A DNA stretch of 64,000 nt from Anthoceros angustus (lineage: Eukaryota; Plantae; Anthocerotophyta), in the NCBI GenBank assembly GCA_010909165.1, contig MU008168.1:744001-808000 (forward strand), given 5' to 3'. The translations under genes and the position numbers were made by a program. The notes under the pieces are model-generated. The model saw nothing but the letters and a program-made list of their open reading frames with translations, did no database searches and was not told the origin of the DNA. Numbering within the stretch: position 1 is the stretch's first letter; the number at the start of each line of letters is the position of its first letter. This document shows positions 14,201 through 24,646 of this stretch, in pieces.

Positions 14201-17200
14201 AATCTGATACTCAACTTCACAAAACCGTGAGAACAACTACCTTCACAGCTGTTAGGCGGGTGATCTCATTGCGGAGGCGGTCTAAGAGAAGTGGGAGACA
14301 TGTAGCCAGTTCATTCTTCAGCTGATCACCAAGAATGGAGATCACCAAGCCCATGCACCAGATTGCGCACTCTTTCACTTCCTGTAGGCAACAAGAGCAT
14401 TAGTCAGTGTATGTCCTCAAAAAAGCATCCTACACTCCAGCACAAAATGGACAGCACATGTAACCTATCTGACCTGATCCTGATCTTGAGCAGTCAAACG
14501 CTTCAAAACAGCCTCATATATTGGTTGCACATATGGAACATAATTGAATGCAGTTTGCTGCCCAGGCAAGTGAAGCTTGGACTGGTCCAGAGGTGGTGGG
14601 CGAATTGCTTTCACAAGTTCCCCAGTTACACGTAGAGCCTCTGCAGTGACTTTATAGTAACGCTCACTAACAGCCGCAAGCACAGGAGATGCCAAAGCCT
14701 GCAGTGACAGACAAAAACATAAGCCAACCCCAACCTAGTTTCCTTGTGATTGCTCTCCTCTCGATCAGCTACAATACAGCATGCTGTACAGACTTGACTG
14801 TATGAAGAGCAGCTGAGAACAAGCTCACTCTACAGCCAACAACCTTGATATGTGGGTGGAAGACAGACGGGTGATGTGCCGCCAGAACCAGCCGAGTGAA
14901 TGTCAAAGCCTCAATTTTTAAGTTAGAGTTGGAAGCTTTGTCCTGCAGAGAGCAGTTAAGATTGCACAATAGATTACTTCATGGCTCGTGTATCTAACCA
15001 GCAACTGCCACCTGCAACTGATACCAGCAATTGCACTTACATTGAGCGCCTTCCCAATTCCTGGCACCAAAGACGAAATATGCTCAGCTAAGCAGTTAGG
15101 AAGAACTATCACCAGTTCTTTCAAGACTGAAAAAGCTCCCACCTGCAACAAAGTCCACACTTCAATGCCATTCCAGCATCAAAGAGTCTGCAAAATGAGG
15201 AAAGGACGCAACATGTATCATCACCTTTGTTTTGATGGACTTTTCACGCAACTGTTTGTTCAGAGTCTTAACTACTTTGGGAACCTCTTGTTGCAGCAGG
15301 TACAAGATGTAGCTGTGCGTTTACAATTTACACCAGCTATGAGGAGTCAGCATAAATGCACATGCACATGTTGCACAAGCACTCTTGACCGGAAACATAA
15401 GCTCCCCCACTATCTGAACAGAGTATGCTACCTTGAAGATTTCAAATCTCCTGTATTCTTTGTAACATTTGCAGTCTGCTTTAATAGATCAATGAAGGTC
15501 TGAAATACATCGATCTGCACGGACCATAAAATGTTGTAAGACGACAGCAACATACCAGTCACAATTCCCTAAAATCAATTAGAAAACCCACGCACCTTGA
15601 CATTCTCTTCTCTTTCTCTGAATCTCTCTATCAATCTTGGACAAGCCTGCAAAGTTGGGAAGGAGCACATTATAGGTCATTCTGAGGACCAGACAGTCAC
15701 ACGTTTTTGCTGTCTTAGAGACACTAAGCCATAACACAGAACAAACCTTGCTGTAAAGTTGAGCAAGCATTTCTGGTCTGGAAGAGATAACAGCTGACAG
15801 GCATTTGGCTGCAGCCCGCCGAACTTTCCAGCTCACATCCTCATCATCACTGTACTCATCCCCACTTTCTCTGCAATTTTGGCAGGACAAATATGAGGAA
15901 CCCTGTTGCCTGGCACACTCTCACATTGGTTCCACAAATCAAACTGCAGAGTCTGGTGCTCACTCATCCTCCTCGTCATCTGCTTCCATATCCTCATCTT
16001 CATCCTCTTCCATATCATCAGTGAAATTGGGATCATAACTAAGATAGTCCAGCGCAAGATCCAAGATAGTGGTAGTATGCTCAAAGACGTCCCTAGGGCA
16101 GCGGAGAACAAAACTTTCCAAAGCCTACAGTGCAGAGAAAGGACGAAATAACACGATAAGTGCCTGGATGTTATAATTTAGCAGGGACAGGCAGGAGATC
16201 AAAGGGGCACACCCATAACCGCAGTCTGCTCAAGCTCTGAAGTACAGCACAACTGAAGCAAGATTACACTCTCAGCTGAATTTAGACTGCACCTGTAAGC
16301 TGTTCTCACATAGTTCATCGTCGTTCTCAGATGCATTTTCACAGTAGCTAATTAGGAGAGGCACCACTTCACTCAGGTGTGGACCAAATCTATAGCCAAC
16401 TGCACGGCTGCATACAAAGAAGAGGAGAATAACACATGAAGTTAGCTACTCATGTGAACTCAAAGTGTATTCTAGAATCCACCCCTTCCTCTACTAAAAT
16501 TTTGCAGAAAACGGATATACCAGAATGCTCCAATCATTTGGATATTAGTACGTGTCAAGTCTGCTTTAGCCTCCTTGTTCTTCAGAAGCTGGACAACACA
16601 TATCGTAGCTCTACCCAAAAGATCATCTGACATGCTTGATGCCAGTGCAGCTGCAGAGATGACAGCAACCCAGGTGAGACCAGCCCGGAAAGAATTCAGG
16701 CTGAGCCGAAACATAAGAGCTGCTTACCAAGGCATTGAATCGCACGTTTCCGAAGTCCTGCCCTTTGCAGATTCAGTTGGGCAAGCAGAGCACTGAGCAG
16801 CTTCTCATGATCTGCGACCATGAGGCCCCCAAATTTGAGTAGCACGTCACTCAGAATATCCAGGCACTCGCTCTTTACCTCAACACTTGTGTCCTGGAGG
16901 CGACCACCAAATGCAATTAGCAAGCAAAATGCTATGGACTATACTGCGGTAGGTTGGTTCCACCTATTGAAGATCCACATAACAGACCGAAACCCTGGAA
17001 GTCAGGAAAATAGAACCAACCACAGAACTGATGCCTTTGATGAGCTTTGGGGTAAGAATTGCTACAACGGCCTGAGCTACTGGCCCATTCGAAATCACAG
17101 CAACCACAGACTTGAGACCAATACTCGCTATGTCCCGCTGTTGCTCTTTGCCAGTAAGTCGCAGACACAATTGCTCAACGATGTCCACCACTCTACCCTC

Positions 17201-17755
17201 GCTCACCTTCTTCACTAAGGGACCCAAGCTGTTTCACAAAGCAACAGAGATTAAAGAACCCAGTACATACTGAGGTATCTCACATTCCCGCCAAAACGCA
17301 ATAAAATGTGGCCCCCATCCACTCCAAGGAATTAGAGGTGCGAACCATTTCACTGCAAGGCCCGAGATGTCCCCAGAGGGATCATCAAGCTGCTGCAACA
17401 CAATCTGAGAGATTTTTCTTTCCGTCTCTGCATCCAACTTGAAGGTTTCCTTTTGCAATTCTTGCAACAGGTCCGAGGTGGCCATATATCTAAAATCCTT
17501 GTCCTTCGATGCAATCTGCACCACCACCAAGGTTGAGACCGTCATTGCACCGCAGACGATATCAACAGACCGAATCAACATTCCCCAAAATCGGCCAACT
17601 CCTAGCTGCGATATGGGATCAAGCTTCCATCCAGCTAGACAGAACCCCTCAGGTAAGAGGAATTTCACTAGACCTAACAATTTCAACCCCTGCAGGACAA
17701 GATAAGACGCGCCCCTGACCTTCTCTAAAATCATGGTGATCGCCAGGCTCGCCAT
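11230..17755 (-). CDS. CAND1: Cullin-associated NEDD8-dissociated protein 1 (HEAT repeats; many exons)
   Basis: [12 protein letters not shown]|..[69 protein letters not shown]; stop after ..DLMDLS. Confidence 0.96.
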
Positions 17756-18284
17756 CTTGGCAAGCGACTGTAATCACCCTTGGTCTGTAATTTAGGCTCC
17801 TGTCCTTGCGACCATCTAGTTTCACGGTCCAACAGTGCTCCTCGAAATCGGATTTATCCAGAATCACCTGCGGTCTCCGGAGGCATCACAACGCGACAGG
17901 AAACCCTGGAACACCTCATCCGCCGGACTGCTGGTAGCGACCCCCAACAGCGCAGATGGCTCAGCCACGGAGCGCTGCCTGCGGGGACGCACGACTCAGA
18001 GCTGTTCAGACCAGCGATGGCGGCAGCTCCCAGCAAGGACGCATTGTCAGGCGAAGGGCTCGCAGGAGTAGGAGTCTGAGAGTATAGGACAAAGGAAAGA
18101 AAGCCACTGTGAAGCCCAGTCCCCCGGGCGCCTAACGGGAACAGGTCGCAAGGGCAACTTCCCCAGCTCTCGTATTATCATCTCTAAAAGCAAGAAGCTT
18201 CACCAATTTATTCTGTGAGAACCGGCCCTCCATCAAATCATTCGGAGGCCGGTTAGTCGATGTCGGCTCAATTTTAAGGTACTA

Positions 18285-19865
18285 TGAGATGTTCTCACTT
18301 GGGGCAAAGCACTACAACCCTTCGCTGGCAAAGCACACATAGCCTTTTCATTCATAATGTATAGACAGCCCTTCACTCATACATCATTAAAATTGAATAA
18401 GGTTGATAATACCGGGCAAGCTTCCTCAAGACCCTTTCTCACTTTGCAAAACACACTTGGAATACATAAGCTTGTAATCTCTAGCGATGATATACATGGG
18501 CTGCTGGCAAGAGCTCCTCGCTCTAGTTCTCGAGCCGCATGGAGCAGAAGGAGGAAGGGGTGCATGAGAATGCAGCCACCCAACCTACAACTGAAGCCCA
18601 CACCTGTACCTATCTATCTGGCAAGACCACTAATCAACCAAACACTCCTTCTACAATCAGATGGTAGAACAACTTCCACTCATATAAATGTGAGGAAGAG
18701 GAGCTGGTTGATACTCTCCGCTTGAGAAAACATATGTAGCTCCTAGCTTTAAGTCACAGCTTGGGCAAAAGGGATCACGGCTTGCTTGGATCATTGGGCT
18801 AATCCCTGTGCACAAATCCATCTTCCCAAATTATCCCGTTTACTCAGGGGCACTTGCTGTTTTGGAAGCTTTCATGGAAGTTGGAGACATTGGGGCACTT
18901 CTTGAACCTTAACACAATAGATCTTTCTTTAGGGAAGACTTCTCCTGCAGATACGTTCTCCTTCGAAACTTAAATCCATGCAAGAAATCCTGACATAGAC
19001 GTAGGAATTGAAGCTAGTGAGTGCGCTGTTCAGCAGAACAGCAGGCTCCAAGCCCTTTGTTTCAGCCCTGAACAACATCACCTAAACTAACATCACCACA
19101 ATCATATGACCACATCTTATCAAGAAATTGCAAAATCGACCCACTCAATAAGCAGAGAGGTCAGCCAAGCAATCTACACATGCCACACAAGATAGATGAA
19201 CTGAGCCAAGCCTGAACTCTGCAACACGTCCCGCCGGGGGTTCCAACTTGTGAGATGTCATTATCACTTAAGGGCAAAGTATAGACAGCCCTGCATTCAT
19301 AAAGCATTGAAATTCAACACCTCCTAACAACACTAGCCAAGCTTCCTCAAGACCCTTTCATCACTTTGCAAAACACACTTGTAATACGTAAGCTTGTAAT
19401 CCCTAGTGATGATAGGGATGGGCTGTGGGCAAGAGCTCCTCGCACTAGTAGTTCTTCAGCCGCATGGAGCACAAGGAGGAAGATGTGCATGGGGTACATG
19501 AGAATGCCACTACCCAGACTGCGACTAAAGCCCACACATATACGTATCTAACAAGACCACTAATCAACCAAGCACTCCTTCCAACGAGCTCAAGGGCAGG
19601 TGGATAGGAGGCAGTGGGGGTGAGACAACTACACACGCTGGTAGAGCCTCCACTATCAAAGGGTAGGACAACTTCCACTCACACAACGTGAGCAGGAGGA
19701 GCTGGTTGATACTCTCTGCTAGAGCAAACATATGCAACTCCTTGCTTTAAGTCACAGCTTGGGCAGAAGGGATCACGGCTTTCTTGGATCATCGGGTTGA
19801 TCCCTCCACACAAATCCTATCTTCCCAAATTATCCCGTTGTTTTGAGGGGCACTTATTGTTTCGG
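18285..19865. repeat. Diverged direct duplication of ~0.6 kb (copy 1 ~18285-18870, copy 2 ~19250-19865)
   Basis: Collinear shared blocks, e.g. agcttcctcaagacccttt..cactttgcaaaacacactt, aagaccactaatcaacca, gctttaagtcacagcttgggca, tcttcccaaattatcccgtt. Confidence 0.85.
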
Positions 19866-20544
19866 AGGAGAGTGCCAAAGATGGCTAGCCACCTCCTTCT
19901 ACATTTGTGAGGGGCTCTTGCCTCATAGTACTTACTAAGGTAAACCATCACCCCTATGCATCTCACTTGCATGCCTTTACATGTCTTAGTAAGACAACAT
20001 ACTTGATACAATAAGCATCATGTATTTCAAAAAAAAGAGGTTAAATAATTCATTCAATTTTTCCGGTGATCACAGCTTAAGTGTTGTAGGTGACTTTAGA
20101 CGTGAACCTTAGTTTGCTCCCAGGTTATGACATCATAGGTGATTTTAAACATAAAGCTTAGTTGCTCTATTTTACTGTAATCCTTAGAGTCTCCTTGATG
20201 TTCTTTACTAGATAAGCTGGCTTCATCTCTCCTCTTTTCCTAAAAAAAATATATACCAAAACAGCTTAATTTTCGAAGGGCCTATACCTCATGTATCCTT
20301 TATATACTCTATACTTTATTTTTGCTTGTTAAGAAAGCGCGCTGGCCTCCCTCGTGAACCGCCTATGTCATGTCCTCTAACACATACGGATGACCTGGGA
20401 GATAGAAAATCGAAGACAGATGGTTCATTTCAAAACAAACATAACCCCATCCTGGTATTGATTATTGATCATTGATCGGCGCATGGAACGCTTAACCTGG
20501 AAGTCCTCACGGTTCGCTTTGTACCAACTCTCCATAACGTTCTT

Positions 20545-21570
20545 GGAATGATCCCACGCTTTTCAAGATGTGACAAAACCTTGGTGCTACTATGGCAGTC
20601 ACTGCGCATGCGCAGGTTCTTAGTGACTAGTAAAGTTGAGCCATCTGGTGTGTTCAAGAGACCGAAAGCCAGGGCCAGTTTCTCTGCATGTCCGCGCAAA
20701 GCATCTTCCTTCTCTCGCTCAGACAGTGCCTTCAGTACCATGTCTGTCTGAGGCACATGGCCTCCTTCCTCCTTCAGTCTCAAATTCACACTCCTCAGCT
20801 TTGAAATGTTGGACATCTCCTCTTCAACAGTGAATTCGTGCACCTTGTTTTTGACTTCAATGCATGCTTTTGCATGCTTCTTCCAAGCGCGTGCTGACTT
20901 TCGCAGCCGTTCTACTCTATCCGCATCTTTCCACCTGCCAGTGCTTGCGTAGATGTGACATAAAAGAGCGTAAGAAGTTGCAATCTGGTTACCACCAGAT
21001 GGTCAAAATATCGCCTTCCTCGCTCTGCATCATTGTGGCCTTTGCAGGCACTCAGCAAAGACGTCCATCCCACCACGTACTTGTCAAGAGGCATAGTTTG
21101 CAGAATGTCTTCTGCCTCATCAAGGTGACCTGACCGTCCAAGGAGATCAACCAGGCCATTGTAAGTGAAGTCAGTTGGTACAATGCCATGGTCCTCCACC
21201 ATCATCCTGAACTACCGCTGGCCTTCATGCACCAGGCCTGCATGACTTCATGCCACAAGGAGATAGATGAAACTAATTTCATCTGGCTCAACACCCTCCT
21301 GAAGCATCTCTTCAAAACACTGAATTGCCATAAGGCCGTGGCCATGTTCAGCGTAGCCCCTGAGCAGAGCACTCCATGTGACCACGTCATCCTCAAACCC
21401 CTCTCCAGGATCTCTGCATGAAGCTCCTTCCCATGCAGCAAACCTTGAATAGTGATGCACGCTTGAAGCAGACACAGAAACGTGTCACGATCAGGCGGAG
21501 CCACGCCTTCCTGCTGCATCCTTGCATACTGAGCCAGGGCTTCTCCACCGAGCCCTTCAATGTCTGCCTA
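20545..21570 (-). pseudogene. PLS-class PPR / DYW:KP-type editing-factor pseudogene
   Basis: PPR motifs (PDRDTFLCLLQAC, DVVTWSALLRGY, YNGLVDLLGRSG) are split over frames with in-frame TGA/TAG; then WKKHAKACIEVKNKVHEF..LKEEGGHVPQT..GHAEKLALAFGLLNTPDGSTLLVTKNLRMRSDCH; C-terminus lost after KRGII. Confidence 0.88.
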
Positions 21571-22229
21571 CCCTCTACACCGCAGGCCTGAAATTGAGAA
21601 GCAAACCATTGTTGTGAGCCTGACTGTCTCGGTTTTTGAATGAGATCTCGATTGTGATTTCTTCTAGAATTGCCTCTATTGCGCAGCACAGAGAACAGCC
21701 AGTTGCTTACAGAGTGCACGCATGAATTACAGGATTCGAACCTGTGAGCACGATCCCGTCGGTTTCTGCATCTGCCGCTCTATCCACTCGACCCTGTTGG
21801 ATTAGCTGCACAGCATTAGCATAAGTTAGAAACCAAGGATTAGGACGCGTGTCATGTGGAATATATATATTTGGGCATCCACGGACACTTGTCGCCTGGC
21901 TGGTCTTTCGCGGGTTGGGTAAGTTCGAAGTTCCCCAGGTGGCAGCTGACTTGACACTCAGCTGGGCTTCAATGGCTGCGCAGGGGACTCTTGTGCTTTC
22001 ACCTGCCAGGGATGGCCTCGTCAGAGGAGAGGGGAAGCGCTGCAGCATTGCCTGGAGAGCCTCAGGCGCCTGTTTCCGGCCGAGGTCTGTGTCACGATAC
22101 AAGTTGTTCCAGGTTGCGGGACATCGGTGTAGGTCTGGGGGAATGCACCGTTGCTTTGACGGGAACGGACTGGATTGAATTTTCTTCTGTTTGTGCGTGT
22201 GTGAAGGAGCTTGCTGCTGCTTAGGGGAC

Positions 22230-23812
22230 ATGGAGGCAGGGGATCATGAGCAGCCGCAAAATGGCAATGCGAACTCTCATGGCCAGGTCTCCCACAGGCC
22301 GCGGAAGGACAGGTGGTGCCATCTCCTCAGGTTCCACCTACACGACTGGCTCATCCTGCTGGCGCTTATCATCTTCTACGGCATCCTCAACCTTATTGAG
22401 CCGTTCCATCGACATATCAATAGATATGTGGTCAACAACCTTACGTTCCCCTTGCAGAATAGCACAGTCCCCTTTTGGTCCGTGCCGGTACGTTCTGTAG
22501 CTTGGCCTTTGCTGTTTCTCGGTCCTGATTGGGATTAGGCTGGTCAGATTGACCGGTCTGGAGGCTGATATTGCTTATGGTGGATGTGGCTGTGTGACAG
22601 CTTTACGCGTTGATTTTACCAATTCTGGTGATCAGCATCTTCTATTGTGTGAGGAGAGACCCCCGTGATTTCCACCACGCCATTCTTGGTAACACTTTGG
22701 TGTCCCTTTCCTTGCTCGTGTGGTGCGACTGTACGATGGAAACGTGCAGACTGTGTGTTCAAACTCTTCTCACACGAGGCTGGCTGTACGCTAGGCTTGG
22801 TTTACACCATATTCATTACTGCGGTGCTCACCGATATCGTCAAGGTTTCCACGGGCCGTCCGCGTCCTGATTTCATGCGTCGATGTTTTCCGGGAGGACC
22901 TAGCACCTGGGTAACCATTTGTTTCGAGATCAGGCTGTTGTAAAGTTGAGGATGTTGGATTAGTGCCAAATTTTGTTGACCGGGTGAATGTGGTTGAAAC
23001 GTTCTCAGACATTCGATGATGCTGGAGATGGCAATGTTATCTGTAGCCCTCTAGCTTCCAAGTCGGACATCAAGCAAGGCTACAAAAGTTTTCCAAGTGG
23101 ACACACTTCCTGTGAGTATTTGACAATCACTGGTACCTTTTCATATCTATCTGTCCCTTACCGTCCCAAGACAGTGATCGCAATGTTTGACACCGAGATT
23201 GTTGCAGGGTCTTTTGCAGGTCTTGGTTATCTGTCCTGGTATCTAGCTGGGAAGTTAGGCATCTACGACAGACATGGGTTCATGTACAAATTGCCAATTG
23301 CGTTGTTCCCCTTACTGTTGGCAACCTTAGTCGGCATTTCCCTTGTGGATAACTACTGGCACCATTGGCAAGATGTGGTAGTAGGAGGTCTTCTAGGTGA
23401 GGCTTTTTCCTGCAAGTGCCTGGCTCTCGTGCTAAGTATGCAATCTTGCTGAGAAAGTATACACGTTCTGACTTGAGCTCCCGTTGTCTCTGGGAAACAT
23501 TGTCCAGGTCTCGCCGTGGCTACAATCATCTATCACCTGCATTTTTATTCTCTCTGTAGTTCGAAGAGTAAGTTTCTTCCACACTTGTTCATGTATCTTG
23601 AAAACATTGTGCACATTGGTGCCTGCTTTTCCGCCTTCGTGAAGTGGATGGGCAAGAAAGTGCTAACGGGCTGGTCCCGGGAATTCCTAGCAGGTGGTCA
23701 AGTATACCATAGGGCCATAAGTGGATCCAACAACACGGATTCTGGAGAGTCCACTTATCGGCATCCTCCGCCCCCTCAGTCGGACGTTGAGGCGGGGACG
23801 TTGAGGGGGTGA
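22230..23812 (+). CDS. LPP: Lipid phosphate phosphatase (PAP2 family), multi-exon
   Basis: [25 protein letters not shown] (motif 1), [10 protein letters not shown] (motif 2), [12 protein letters not shown] (motif 3 variant), DVEAG tail. Confidence 0.9.
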
Positions 23813-24646
23813 CTTGGCTAGCACATGCTGATCGCCTTTGGAGTTATTTGTACATTATGTTCGCGTGCTTTGGTACCTCTCTACTTATACTTGGTCTGGT
23901 TTTTCCGTCGATGTATTTAACGGTGTCCATTGGCTTACTATCGTATTTCATAGACCTGGCTACCCAGTCCGCGCGTTTCCGCCCCCCGAGGGAAAAATAC
24001 CTTGTTTGATCCATGGAACGTTAAGTTAGAAAGCACGTCTGCAACGGGACGGGACGGCTATATGACCCCTTTCTGTGCAACCGTTCCGTTTGTTGCCTGT
24101 ATCCCTCCAGGCGCCTCCAGCCTCAACGCTGGGGGGACAGGACGGGCGACTGATCATGAACACCTTGCTTGCGGGGCTGCCCTGTGAACGAAGCTTGCCT
24201 TCCAGGCTGTGGCTGTTCCTTTCGCGCAGCATACAAGACACATAATTCGACAACGTATCGGGTTCGGGATATGGCAGACTGGCAGTGGTTGCCGCGTCGG
24301 TGAAATGCTCCGTGCGTGTGGTTCCTAGTCCCGGTGTGACGGCACGGAACATTCTGCATTCACGACCACGGCAGGCTGCACAAACAACACGTTCCTGACG
24401 AAAACTTCGCAGCTTTGCCCGCTTTACACTGTTGCGGGAATCCTTAGCTTGTTATCTGATTCCAGACTGCGTCACTCACAACGAGATCAGACCTCGCTAG
24501 TTTTGTCCGTGATTGAACCAGTTGCCGCCAGTTTTTCTCCAACGCCTCTGCATGGATGTGGCTTCTCCACTCCTGGACACCGATGAGTGTTGGGAAGTAG
24601 CTTAAAGGACTTTGGCGACGCTCCTGCAGCCGAACGCAGCGCAGCC

